A DNA stretch of 43,374 nt from a virus (lineage: Duplodnaviria > Caudoviricetes), in the IMG/VR virus record IMGVR_UViG_3300043173_000426, positions 1-43,374 of that record; one strand, written 5' to 3'. Below the pieces are notes generated by a model. That model did not search any database and was not told the origin of the DNA. It saw only the letters and a program-made list of their open reading frames with translations. This document shows positions 10,101-18,025 of the stretch, piece after piece; position 1 is the stretch's first letter; each line of letters begins with the position of its first letter. Made by a program: the position numbers and the translations under genes.

Positions 10101-13100
10101 CGGCGTGCATCGAGTCGATGATGCGGGCCCGCCTGGGCGTCAAGTTCTGGCTGGCGGTGCCCGGGTCCATCTTCGCGTCGATCTGCTTCTGCATGTTGTC
10201 GGCGGTCTTGCGAAGCGAGGCGGCGACTTTCTGACTGCGCGCCTTGTCGAGCGCCCGGGCCTTCGCCGTGCTCGGCAGCTTGGCCTCGACCTCGAGATGG
10301 CGGGCGGCGAGCTCCACCTGCAGCGCCCGGAGCTCGAGCGTGATGGCGGCGGCGTTCTCCTCGCGCTCGGCCTGGGGTGCGCTCACATCGGCGAGCGCCA
10401 AGCCTATGCGCTCCTGGGCATTGCGGAGAGCCGCGACTATGACGTTACCCTCGCGCGTTCCTCCCGGTTCACCGCCCGGTTCACCGCCCGGTTCGGCTGC
10501 CGGAAGCCCCACCGGCAACTTCTCGGCACGGGCCTCCAGCTTGCCGATCTCCCGGCGAATATCCGCCATGTCCTCCTCGGCGCGGTGCCGGAGCCTGGTG
10601 GCTTCGAGCTTGGAGAGCTCGGGGTCTTTGGTGAGCTGGCTTATGTCGATGGCCGCGTCACGGAGCTCCCCCTGCAACACCGCGATGGACTGCTCTATGC
10701 TCTCGCGCGTTTCGCCGCCTGGTTCGCCCGCTGGTCCGACCGGACGAACTCCTGCGCCACTGTCAGGCTCGGGCACTTCACCCCGCGGGCCTTGGCCTTC
10801 GTCCTGCCCTCCGGGGAGCTGCACATCCTCATCAGTCGCGCCTGGGCTTGGTTCTTGCTCGGCATCGGTTTTCTCCTTGTCCTTCTCGGCTTGGGCCCGG
10901 CGCTCAGTGATGCCCGCCACGATAGCCTGCTGATCCCGGACACGAGAGCGGGCGACCTGGAGGAGCTTCTTGTCGGGTTTCTTTTTCTCCCGCTTGGCTT
11001 CGGCGAGGAGGTTCTTCACCGCGGCATGCGCTTCAAGGAGCCGGCGCTGCTCAGTGACGAGACGATCCTCCGCCGGCACCTGGGGCGTGACCGGCTTCCG
11101 GCCAGGCGGAACGTCGGTCAGCAAAGCCTCGGGACCGAACACCAGCCGGACGGCCTTGCCGAGCTCCGCCTTCGGAGCGTCGAACGTCACCTCTGGCGCC
11201 AGGGCTTGCGCAAGGTTGGCGATGGACAGGTCATTGGTTGTCTCGCCGACGGCCTTGGTGAGCTGGGTGGCGCCTTCGCTGCCAGTGGGGAACGCCTGGT
11301 TGATGGTGGCCTCGAGCTCGGCGGCTTCGCGCTTGCGCCGCTTCTGCTCCCCGGGAGCGAGCGCACCGATGGGCGGCGCCTCCAGCCGTGGGCGATCCGT
11401 GTCTTTTACTGTCTTTCCGAAGATGGCAGCGAGGCGTGTGCCGATCTTGCCCGGAGTCAAGCGGAGCGATTGCTCAGGACCGAACGTGATCACCACGTCC
11501 TTGCCCTGGGCAAAGACCGTCACGGAACCCTCGGTCTCCCGGCGCTTGACGCTCATGCCCGGCGATCCCTTGGTGATGATAGCGGCGAGCTCGGTGGCCT
11601 TCGCGTTGCGGGCAATCTCGCGGCGAATCTGCTTGATGTTCCCCGTCGTGATGCCGGCCAGCGCCGCGATCATCTCGTCGAGCTCCTGGTCGGTGAGCTC
11701 GGGCTGCTCCTCGACGGCCTCCTCGACCGCGCCCTCGGTGATGGCGGTGGCCAAGTCCTCCATCGCCTTGGCGGCAGGCACGTCGCCAGCCGCGAAATCG
11801 GGGGCGAGCTCGCCGGCCCGGATGGCGGCGGCAATGTCGTTGAATCCCTCGCGGAGCTCGGCGCGCAGCGCCTCATCCGGCGGCGCCACGAGCTCGCCGG
11901 CCACCGCGAGCTCCTGGGGCGTGTCCTGGTCCTCGACCTCGAGCGTCAGGTTATCGAGGATAGTCTCGTGGAGCTCGAGCTCGGCGAACGCCTTATCGAG
12001 CACCCGGAGCTCTAAGGCGTTGAGGGTGATGAGCTGTTCGCCACCTTGCGTGACTTTGCCGCGCGCTTGCGGCTGCGCCCCGGTGGGAGCGGGCGGGGTC
12101 GGGGCGGCACCCGGAGCTGCGCCTCCTGGCTCTCCAGGAGGTTGCCCTGGTGGAGCCCCAGGAGCAGGAGCCGGTTCAGGAGCGCCAGCCGGCGTGAGTC
12201 TCGGGGGGTTGGCCCCGAAGAAGTCCGGGATCGTGCCCCCGGCGGCCTTATCTTCTTGGGCATTGGCTTTCTCTATCTCACGGTTGGCGGCGGCGAGCAA
12301 GTCAGAGAGGCTCGCGGCTTCATCCCCGAATATGTCCTCGGTCTGCTGGCGGGCGACTTCCACCTGGAGGAACTCGGCGATAGTGGAGAAGGCGCGGCCC
12401 ATGCGCTCGGCGCTGCGGATGTTGGCCGCGATGAAGCGCGCGAAGCCGACGGCTTCCGGGTCGCGCTCGCCGAACAGGTCCGACTGCTCGAGGAGCTGCT
12501 CGATGGTTCCGCCCTTGCGCTGCTGCTCGCGGATCATCTCGATGGCATCGGTGAGCTTCTGCGGGATGTTGAGCCCGGCCAGCTTCTCGTCGATGGCCTT
12601 GGCCTTGGCGAACGCCGGCGCCGCGGCCTGGAGGGCGGCCAGGATGTTCTTGATCTGCGGGTTGGCCGATTCCGCCTGCAGCGCGATCAGCCGGTCGTCA
12701 CCGTAGACCCGGGCGAAGATGGCCGAGTTGATACGGTCGGCGAGCTGCTTGGTGGGCCGGCCCTGGTCGTCGATGAACTGGGCCGACTCCTCGGCACCGA
12801 TGGCGGCGAGAAAGCGGCGCAGGAAGGGCTCATTGCTGGCGGCGAGCGGGTCGCCCGACTGGTCCGGGTTGAACAGCGCCAGATCGTCGTCGGTGAGCCG
12901 GGCGGCGTCGGCACGGGCGGCCTCTGCCGGCGAGAGCTCGAGCCCGACGGGCTGGTTGGCCTGGCGGGCGAACTCCTCGAGCTCTACCTCATCGCCGAGG
13001 AAGCGCACCAGGAAGGGATCGGCCTGGGCGTTCACATCCCGCGTGCCCACACCGACGGCGGTGGCCATGCCCGGCAGGGCTTCCCGGAACGCCTCGCCGC

Positions 13101-15411
13101 GCTCATCAGTGAGCGCCTGGCGGGCGGCGATGGTGCGCGCGTTCCCGCTGATCACGACGTTCTGCATGATGGGCTTGCCGTTGGCATCGAGCACCGGCTT
13201 CCCGTCGGCGTCCTCCTTCGGCATGCGCCTCACAATCGGCGCACCGTCGGTGACGTTGGGCGAGTCGCCGAGGAGCTCGGGATTCAGGTTGCCGGCAATC
13301 TTCGCTATCTGGACGGCCGAGGCTTTCTTGCTGCGGTCACGAGGCTGGAGACGGGCAGGGAAATCCGGGTTGATGTTGCCTTGGTCGTCGTGGCTGGTGA
13401 CGAGCTCGTTCACGTCAACCACGCCGAACTCGACTGCCACCTTGTCGCCGCGTGGCGTGAATACGGTGCGCTTGGTGCCGGTCGGCTTCGTCACCTGGTC
13501 GGCGGCGATAGCGGCGGCTTCCTCCTCGGTGGGCGGCGGTGGCACGGCAGCCTCTCGACGGGCAGCCTCCTTGGCGGCGGCGTCCTGGGCAGTCTCCAGC
13601 GTGACGCGGGCACGGCTCTCCTCGGGGGTCTCGCGCGGGAAGCCTGGAGGCTCCGGGGCCGGCGGCGTACCGGGAGGCTGGTCGTCGCTGGGCAGGAAGC
13701 CGCCAGGGGTGGCGATGGCGGTGGTGGTGCCGACGATGAGGCCGATGCCGGCGGATTCGGCCGTGCCCTGGAGGAGCGGATCGCCTTCGGCCACGTTGCC
13801 GATCACCTGCTGAAAGAACTCTTGGGCGCTCTCCCCGACGCCGGTCAGGGTCACGCGAGCGAACTGTAACGCCTGCTCACCGAACAGGCCGAAACGGTTG
13901 AACAACGTCACCACGGCGGCGTTCTGGATGAACACTTCGTCGGCACGCCGCTCGGCCTCCTCGGGCTTGATGCCCTGGTCTACCAACGACTGGAAGGTGC
14001 CACCGGCTTCGGCCATAGCCTCCAGGACGCCCGACGCGGCGGCGCCGGCCCACATGGCGGCGGCGTAGGACATTTTGGCGAGAGCTGCGACTCCTTTGGC
14101 GATGCCGATACCGGGCGCCCAAAAGACGGCGCTCGATCCGAAGCCGGCCATCGTTTTCTCGATGAACTCCGGGCTGGGCGGCATGAGCCCCTCGGCGATG
14201 CCCTGCGCTGTCAGGGCCCCGGACTTGAGGGCCTCGATGTTGGTCTTGTTCCCCAGGAAGCCGACAATGCCGCCACTCACGGCCACGGCACCGGACGCGA
14301 GCCCCCTGGTGCGCCGCTCGCCGGCCTCGCCTGGCGTCTGGTCGAGCGGCCCGAAGGCTTCCATCACGTCCTTGAGGATCTCCGGGTCGTTGGTGTGCTG
14401 GGCAGCGAACAGCGCGAACGCCACCGGGATCGCGTTCATCACCTGGGCGGTGGCGTCACCGAGGAGCGTGCCCTCGCCGATGATGTTCTGCGGGAACGCC
14501 TGGCGGGCGTCGGCCGCCTGCTTGGCGGTCTGCTTCTCGTTGTCGCCGAGGATCTCGCGAGTGCGCTTGGCTACGTCCTCCTTCGTGCGGAAGGCGCGGC
14601 GGGCAACACGCTCGTCGGGCTGGGCGCCGGTGGCGAACCGAGTGAGGGCCTCGAGCGCCTGGCCGCCACGGATGGCCGGCTGGAGGTTCGCGCCCGTGAG
14701 CTGCGCCTCGGGGGTGCCGGGTTCGCCAGGGAGCTCGAGGCCGGTCAAGCCCTCGGTCGAGGGTGGCTGCGCCGGGCCGGGCTGCTTGGCAGCGGAGCGA
14801 GCTCGCGCAGCTTGCTCGGCGGCTGGGATGCTCTCGAAAGCGGGGAGCTCGGCGCCCTCGGCAACGCGGGCCTTCGCACGCTCGATGGCGATGCGCTGCT
14901 GCTGGTCGGATACCCGCTCACCCCGAAGTAGCGCCTCGACATCGACCTGGCCGCGCACCAGGCTGGGGATGTTGGTGGGTGCGCCCTGGTTGAGCTCCGG
15001 GTCGGTGACGGTGATGCTGATCTCGGTGGACTGCTGACCGTCAGGGCGATCCAGTCTGCCGAGCTCACCCTCCAGGGCAGACGGCGCCGTGGGGATACCT
15101 GGGGGCGCCTGGGGTGCGCGTGGCTGCGTCTCCCGGGCATGCGTGGGGATTTGTGCCTGTGAAACCCCCGGCCTGCCTGGTTCTCCTGGATCCTGTATGG
15201 GGGTTTGCGAAGGCGCTGCAACACCGGGGGAACCCGGGGGCAATTCCGTCTGGAGCTCCGGCCCACCGATGGCCTCGAAGAACGGGCGAATCAGTACCGG
15301 CTCATCGCTCTCCTGGGCGAACTTGCGGCGTAGACCGTCGGCGATCTCGAAATCACTGAGCTCCGAGAACTCAGGGTGCCGGTGGCGAAACTGCTGGAGG
15401 GCGGTTGCCAC
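4192..15411 (-). CDS. Giant polyvalent ejection (internal virion) protein, 3739 aa
   Basis: It is the third gene of the ejection cluster and has a GTG start. Motifs: ParB-like (LQPRDR, GAPIV, SGNART), MTase (LEPSAGSG, NPPF), JAB (HNHPSG), GNAT, HELGH zincin, and an LPD38-like C-terminus. Confidence 0.9.
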   Translation of the reverse strand: MATALQQFRHRHPEFSELSDFEIADGLRRKFAQESDEPVLIRPFFEAIGGPELQTELPPGSPGVAAPSQTPIQDPGEPGRPGVSQAQIPTHARETQPRAPQAPPGIPTAPSALEGELGRLDRPDGQQSTEISITVTDPELNQGAPTNIPSLVRGQVDVEALLRGERVSDQQQRIAIERAKARVAEGAELPAFESIPAAEQAARARSAAKQPGPAQPPSTEGLTGLELPGEPGTPEAQLTGANLQPAIRGGQALEALTRFATGAQPDERVARRAFRTKEDVAKRTREILGDNEKQTAKQAADARQAFPQNIIGEGTLLGDATAQVMNAIPVAFALFAAQHTNDPEILKDVMEAFGPLDQTPGEAGERRTRGLASGAVAVSGGIVGFLGNKTNIEALKSGALTAQGIAEGLMPPSPEFIEKTMAGFGSSAVFWAPGIGIAKGVAALAKMSYAAAMWAGAAASGVLEAMAEAGGTFQSLVDQGIKPEEAERRADEVFIQNAAVVTLFNRFGLFGEQALQFARVTLTGVGESAQEFFQQVIGNVAEGDPLLQGTAESAGIGLIVGTTTAIATPGGFLPSDDQPPGTPPAPEPPGFPRETPEESRARVTLETAQDAAAKEAARREAAVPPPPTEEEAAAIAADQVTKPTGTKRTVFTPRGDKVAVEFGVVDVNELVTSHDDQGNINPDFPARLQPRDRSKKASAVQIAKIAGNLNPELLGDSPNVTDGAPIVRRMPKEDADGKPVLDANGKPIMQNVVISGNARTIAARQALTDERGEAFREALPGMATAVGVGTRDVNAQADPFLVRFLGDEVELEEFARQANQPVGLELSPAEAARADAARLTDDDLALFNPDQSGDPLAASNEPFLRRFLAAIGAEESAQFIDDQGRPTKQLADRINSAIFARVYGDDRLIALQAESANPQIKNILAALQAAAPAFAKAKAIDEKLAGLNIPQKLTDAIEMIREQQRKGGTIEQLLEQSDLFGERDPEAVGFARFIAANIRSAERMGRAFSTIAEFLQVEVARQQTEDIFGDEAASLSDLLAAANREIEKANAQEDKAAGGTIPDFFGANPPRLTPAGAPEPAPAPGAPPGQPPGEPGGAAPGAAPTPPAPTGAQPQARGKVTQGGEQLITLNALELRVLDKAFAELELHETILDNLTLEVEDQDTPQELAVAGELVAPPDEALRAELREGFNDIAAAIRAGELAPDFAAGDVPAAKAMEDLATAITEGAVEEAVEEQPELTDQELDEMIAALAGITTGNIKQIRREIARNAKATELAAIITKGSPGMSVKRRETEGSVTVFAQGKDVVITFGPEQSLRLTPGKIGTRLAAIFGKTVKDTDRPRLEAPPIGALAPGEQKRRKREAAELEATINQAFPTGSEGATQLTKAVGETTNDLSIANLAQALAPEVTFDAPKAELGKAVRLVFGPEALLTDVPPGRKPVTPQVPAEDRLVTEQRRLLEAHAAVKNLLAEAKREKKKPDKKLLQVARSRVRDQQAIVAGITERRAQAEKDKEKTDAEQEPSPGATDEDVQLPGGQDEGQGPRGEVPEPDSGAGVRPVGPAGEPGGETRESIEQSIAVLQGELRDAAIDISQLTKDPELSKLEATRLRHRAEEDMADIRREIGKLEARAEKLPVGLPAAEPGGEPGGEPGGTREGNVIVAALRNAQERIGLALADVSAPQAEREENAAAITLELRALQVELAARHLEVEAKLPSTAKARALDKARSQKVAASLRKTADNMQKQIDAKMDPGTASQNLTPRRARIIDSMHADGRRLESIQANLRAMADAVEDGSLPIILANVKSKALVEDLRSVNVPTGKFDEKAHKRAQNAGLRTQEKWEEARAALISLKAAGPTTDPIITARREFDKLKRDLVGVKGVGIDFFPTPSDLAGELVEQADAQPAQEGQPGDSVLEPSAGSGNIVEQMAEIYAGFDDITITALERSPQLVKVLDAQARALAHKHAVKVVQRDFLEYRTKHDIIVMNPPFSNNQDIAHVRHAWELLEPGGRLVAVMSAHGFFSKGKVETEFRQWLEDNGGTVVGLESGQLADRTVTQRSNVEGRIVEMNKPGGEDIETDGPGIVSEGGTTYVVREDENGDELTDKEKLEAEGQLDLFAPEGKPKPKGLDEDKIFKGPSVLGAALKKAAAKPTGTGTAVVPGLGKPRVKQVRTGTFHSAISRVVTIEDAVHVVAPHRKDAQESFIALVTNENGQILRIIRHSIGRVNAAQVDKALVAGSIADVAAGTTADTDPGIVAGSVLETPGAAKVWFAHNHPSGGLKQSTADKNTTAALAELLRGTGIQVMAGIVVAPDVRSASVLPVELDLLRPEVRVPIPPGRRNVPIPVVERRIRRVRGAEQELGPINSSDKGRVIVKKIQEQYPDGVVLLDNQNVPLVFLEMSLEEMARLRTDDIRTGASRLSRAIVQHNAATAIIHSGPSAVPTILSEQIAAILNVGTFLKSSQIEVLDAFISNAADAGIGSFSEKGWALIKPSHAGGVPPTFDMTDVPPGLEPEVDLEERSLELVRRTIIEAGGTVQITEDMDGDLSLDLVELPRKARSAGVGTRFMGQLIVHADRFGRTVTLMPQAPGDFTPRGPNLTPTGAQKRLEKFYRQFGFQFDATRAIMFRISQTTPAAVGAALGPGTRAAQPGVKHKGFIVEAQLVEPQPGAPKKPPSGFGKLKTPIAPDKPLRRERILARVQRDLGIKIYQGRVKGQKSRLGFYRDHIEELRIRHNNDLEVVAHELGHFLDDTDSRFSFAYRSKQFRDEVRGLSYDVKSLEEGFAEFLRLFLTQEEEAITRAPGFYEEFVNLISGSKFEDAIVRAQADMHAWFRQGALNRALSKIGTDTTFSGRVQDLWFALEETADKFDDRAIENTLDELQGVKILERTIKGDIGDADLSPYKVMRLIRGVRGVVRAVFKHGTIGLQINGDIVFTGKGLRQVFEPVADVMDETMAYFAGMRGMELKRQGREKLLGVRELQALVGQGRENPRIVQAFKDYQAFLDRMMDFYEEAGIVSQQSRALIQEMNKSYVPFHRIQELATGEKRFINRAAFKRLFGGTANINDIYNNIMQSTAALVDLSVQNLAKQKVYGLIRRGQGAARFATRIPRDTKVIKIDSAQVAAKIEGILDDMGVVLSDGTPLAGMVSGKGTTMFQDEVERHFGDFMKFFTFGNAPIGDNIDSVMFNGRREYFEIADPMLLRAMLSFGWRPTNLVIRIMQGFKRTLTFGVTALPDFFIPNLLRDSASGWLLRRSNMIPFVSSIRGLIDRLQRSDDYWLFLANGGGFASSVRSETATTRRELATLYLRSGITLEKVLNTPNKLIDFWLEVGSAFEYGTRLAEFKASVKEGKSLQEAAFRGREVSTDFAMRGAGDFIRNFIATVPFLNARMQGLYRLERELYETKGRQTTARGAPGLPGGEAAGQLLMRGMLGLTLPSMVLWWINQDDDRYNALPDWVRDLHWVIFVPGFDQPWLIPKPFELGMLWASIPERILEFIKDRDGKQFTDAVGVILAEQLNMAPVPQIFSPMLDHARNRNFTGGRVIPDDLMKVEASEQFRPWSSETAIFMGEKLGMSPLLYDHYVRGYLGTLGMYLTMGTDGLISAQLPDGPAKEWADRPIIRRFTRSLPLRRTAYEDEFYELRQETRLITNTFNKIRAEGRDPGVYINQEGRAALFGLRFTMDSMSRQATRINRALRQNRLDPTKSVADKTRDKKALLRERNNLFKSAADSLSPSTVRKMRERLEREQ
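4250..5500 (-). other. LPD38-like domain of the giant protein (approximate bounds)
   Basis: EYGTRLAEF...REVSTDFAMRG...VPFLNARMQGL...IPKPFELG pattern typical of large polyvalent protein C-termini. Confidence 0.7.
6950..7370 (-). other. Zincin-like metallopeptidase domain of the giant protein (approximate bounds)
   Basis: RLGFY...VVAHELGHFLD...EEGFAE (HExxH plus downstream Glu). Confidence 0.75.
7550..7860 (-). other. GNAT acetyltransferase-like domain of the giant protein (approximate bounds)
   Basis: ARSAGVGTRFM (motif A-like), HADRFGRTVTL and LEKFYRQFGF. Confidence 0.75.
8010..8900 (-). other. Tandem JAB/RadC-like domains of the giant protein (first with HNHPSG, second degenerate)
   Basis: QESFIAL...WFAHNHPSGGLKQSTAD, followed by a similar unit VVLLDNQN...NAATAIIHSG...IEVLDAFI that lacks HxH. 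Confidence 0.75.
9210..9780 (-). other. N6-adenine DNA methyltransferase domain of the giant protein
   Basis: DFFPTP, VLEPSAGSG (SAM binding), IVMNPPF (catalytic motif IV) and LEPGGRLVAVM. Confidence 0.88.
12350..13470 (-). other. DdrB-like ParB-superfamily domain of the giant protein (approximate bounds)
   Basis: LVTSHD...NPDFPARLQPRDRS...GAPIV...VISGNARTIA...FARQAN. Confidence 0.75.
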
Positions 15412-15412
15412 G

Positions 15413-16486
15413 TCACTGTTTGTTCACGAAGTCACGCGCGACATTTCCAAACTTCTTGAACGCTTCAAGCTGCTTTGTCCGTTTGGGGCTGTCCGGGCCA
15501 GGCCGGGCCCGATTGTCACCCGCGCCGGCCGCTTCTGTGATCTGCACGTCGAACTTACGGGCGGCCTGGGTCACGGCGTCGGCATGAGTGACGCCGCCAC
15601 GGGCGAAGATCCTCGAGGCTTCATCGAGTATCGCCAGTGCGAGCGACCGCCGTTCGGGATCGAGCACCTTGATCTCGTTGGTGCGCGGGTCGAAGAACTC
15701 ACCCACACGGTCATTGATGATGGCCTTGATCGCATTGGTGTCGGCGGCTTTGATTTCGCCGGGGCCAGTGCCGGAACCTCGACCACCCCCCGCGCCGGTC
15801 TTGGGCGCCGCCACGTTGGTCGGTGCCACGGGCCCCTCGGGGCCGGCAACATTGACGCGCCGCTGCCGGGTTTCGCCGGGCTCCCCGGTGCCACCTTTGA
15901 TGATCTTCTGCCCCTGGGCGATGCCTGCCTGCTTCTGGAGCTCGGCCACGGCAGACATGGCGGTTATCGCGCGGCGAATAAACAGCCCGTTAGGCTTGGA
16001 CGGCACATCCTCCTCCGTGAGCTCGGGGAAGCGGCGAAGGAGCGCCTCACGCCCCTGGGTGTATTGCTGCTGTCCCTGCTCGGGTGTCACGTCGGGCGGT
16101 AGCGAACCAGCGAACCCCGTAGCGAACCGCCCGACAGCAATGATGCGCGTATTGAAGGCGTTGAGGTCCATCTCGCGCTTTTTGGCCTGGGCCTCGAATA
16201 TCTCGGTCAGCTCCTCCGGGTGATTGATTGCGAAAGCCCTGCCGGCGCCTGCTTTGCCCTCCTGCAAATCCTGGCGCGATTGGGCGAGAGAAGCGGCGCC
16301 AGCCTCGGTACGTTCGTTCTGCCGAATGTCGAAGGCATTGATCTGATTTACTTGTTGCGCCGACGTGACCCGTGACGGCTGGAGCTCCTCCGCACGGCGG
16401 TTGGCGGCGAGTGAGTTGCGGGCCCGCACGATGGCGAACACATTCGGGAAGTCAGACGACGACACGCCGCTACTACTGGCAGCCAT
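15413..16486 (-). CDS. Ejection/DNA-transfer protein (middle gene of the cluster)
   Basis: Ala/Gln/Gly-rich helical protein positioned between the gp7-like gene and the giant ejection gene. Confidence 0.65.
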   Translation of the reverse strand: MAASSSGVSSSDFPNVFAIVRARNSLAANRRAEELQPSRVTSAQQVNQINAFDIRQNERTEAGAASLAQSRQDLQEGKAGAGRAFAINHPEELTEIFEAQAKKREMDLNAFNTRIIAVGRFATGFAGSLPPDVTPEQGQQQYTQGREALLRRFPELTEEDVPSKPNGLFIRRAITAMSAVAELQKQAGIAQGQKIIKGGTGEPGETRQRRVNVAGPEGPVAPTNVAAPKTGAGGGRGSGTGPGEIKAADTNAIKAIINDRVGEFFDPRTNEIKVLDPERRSLALAILDEASRIFARGGVTHADAVTQAARKFDVQITEAAGAGDNRARPGPDSPKRTKQLEAFKKFGNVARDFVNKQ

Positions 16487-17220
16487 CAGGTGGCCCCCCC
16501 GAATGCTCCGGCAACGCCGCCACCGCCGCCACCGCCGGCCCCCGTGGCGATAGCCTCGCTCGAGGTCTTGAAGAAACCGGCCAGTGCGTCCCCACGCCGG
16601 CGGCGTGCCTGATTCTCGATGGCCCCGATCTCCGATTGCTGTTGCGCAACATTCTGGCCAGTCCCGAGGATCGTGTTGACGTTGCGCCCGGTGGTCGTTG
16701 ACCGCTCTCTTACGAGTGCGTCGGTGGCGTCCTGCCCGACGTTCGACAGCGCAAGCAGGCGATTGAAACGGTTGCCCTGGGTCGTCTGGAATCGGTTGAA
16801 CGCCCGGTCGAACTCGTTGGTGGCTTCGCCCTGGTTGAAGCGCGTGAGCTCCTTGCCGGCGCGCCCCGATGTGGCGAGCCCTCGAGAGCTCAGGAAGTTG
16901 TTGATGCCCTTCTCGCCCTGCTCGATGCGGAACTGAAAACCCGGATCCGCCTGGAAGTCCTCGGCGCTGAACGGGCGCGTCAGTTCGTCAATCTCCTCCC
17001 CGAGCGTGCCGATGGATTCCTGGCCGACGTCGATGAACGGGCGGAGCTCCTCCTCGATGAATTGGAACCCCTTCTCGGATTCCTCGAGCGCCTTATCCTC
17101 GGCCGCGAGCGCGATAGCTTGGGCCCGTTGCTCGTTGATGGTGGAGCCGGCGCTCGCACTTTTGGAGGCGGCCACCAAGGCTGCACCGACGACGACGGCA
17201 GCGATTGCTACGACTGGCAT
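16486..17220 (-). CDS. P22 gp7-like DNA transfer (ejection) protein
   Basis: Likely start MPVVAIAAVVVGAAL (17220). DPGFQFRIEQG...SSRGLATSG motif and a Gly-rich C-terminus. Confidence 0.8.
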   Translation of the reverse strand: MPVVAIAAVVVGAALVAASKSASAGSTINEQRAQAIALAAEDKALEESEKGFQFIEEELRPFIDVGQESIGTLGEEIDELTRPFSAEDFQADPGFQFRIEQGEKGINNFLSSRGLATSGRAGKELTRFNQGEATNEFDRAFNRFQTTQGNRFNRLLALSNVGQDATDALVRERSTTTGRNVNTILGTGQNVAQQQSEIGAIENQARRRRGDALAGFFKTSSEAIATGAGGGGGGGVAGAFGGAT

Positions 17221-17672
17221 AAGATTCTCCCCATGAGGTACTGGTCCCGAAGCTGTCCGTCTTTCAGTAGCGATGCGTGGGATATGCCCTCGACACCGAA
17301 ACCGCACGCCTTGGCATAAAGGTAGACGTGCCGCGCCTCCACTTCGACCCAGGTGATGAGTTTGCGCGCCGGAGTGTTTGCCGCCATCCAGTCACAGGCG
17401 AGTCGACAGCCAGCGATAGCATGCTTGCCCCGGAACGGTTTCAGTATCCCGGTGTGCCACTCAAACGTGATCGAGTTGGTGGGCGTGACGATGAAGATCC
17501 CCATCGGTTCGCTATCGAGCCACGGGACCAGGTAATACACCGACTCGTGAAACGTCGGCACGAAGCCCTCCGGGTCGCCGGTCCCGTCGTCGCTGCCCTC
17601 GGCCCACACATCCTCATCAGTGAGGAGCGCGGCGACCAGGCCGGGATCGTGGGTTCTACTGACTTCGATCAC
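17208..17672 (-). CDS. GNAT-fold virion-associated protein (P22 gp14/DUF2824-like)
   Basis: FEWHTGILKPFRGK...ACGFGVEG...DQYLMG, in the conserved position before the ejection genes. Confidence 0.75.
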   Translation of the reverse strand: MIEVSRTHDPGLVAALLTDEDVWAEGSDDGTGDPEGFVPTFHESVYYLVPWLDSEPMGIFIVTPTNSITFEWHTGILKPFRGKHAIAGCRLACDWMAANTPARKLITWVEVEARHVYLYAKACGFGVEGISHASLLKDGQLRDQYLMGRILCQS

Positions 17673-18025
17673 GGGACGAACACCAGGATCCGGTAACTCG
17701 CGTCGGTGACAACGATTGCGCCGGCCGTCGGGTTGGTGGCGCGCACGGTGACGGTATCGGGCGCGCTCACGTAGCCGTCGAACAACACAGCGCCCGGTGA
17801 GGAGACCGTCGTCACCACGACTGCCGCGCCGACCAGGGCGCCCGCTATCGTGACGAGCTTCTCGGCCATGCCATGAGCTGCCACGTTGCCGAACGCGAGG
17901 GTGCGAGTGGCGGTAAATTCCTCGGCCAACCCACGCAATGCACGCTCCACTTGGCTCTGCCAGGTGCCGAATACGCGCGGCTCGAGCTCGGTGCCTTTCC
18001 GCGGGCTCGAGATTTTAATGCCCAT
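17669..18025 (-). CDS. Small beta-rich tail protein (needle/knob position)
   Basis: Translationally coupled between the gp10-like and gp14-like genes. The C-terminus is beta-rich (GYVSAPDTVTVRATN). Confidence 0.65.
   Translation of the reverse strand: MGIKISSPRKGTELEPRVFGTWQSQVERALRGLAEEFTATRTLAFGNVAAHGMAEKLVTIAGALVGAAVVVTTVSSPGAVLFDGYVSAPDTVTVRATNPTAGAIVVTDASYRILVFVP

Noticed and set aside
10460-10496. 12-bp tandem repeat (EPGG)n in the giant gene
   Set aside because: Short in-frame linker expansion of no evident significance.
7135-12015. 1626-aa plus-strand ORF (and similar ones at 10970-13869)
   Set aside because: Antisense shadow of the giant gene. High GC and biased codon usage suppress stops on the opposite strand, and the translation has no motifs.
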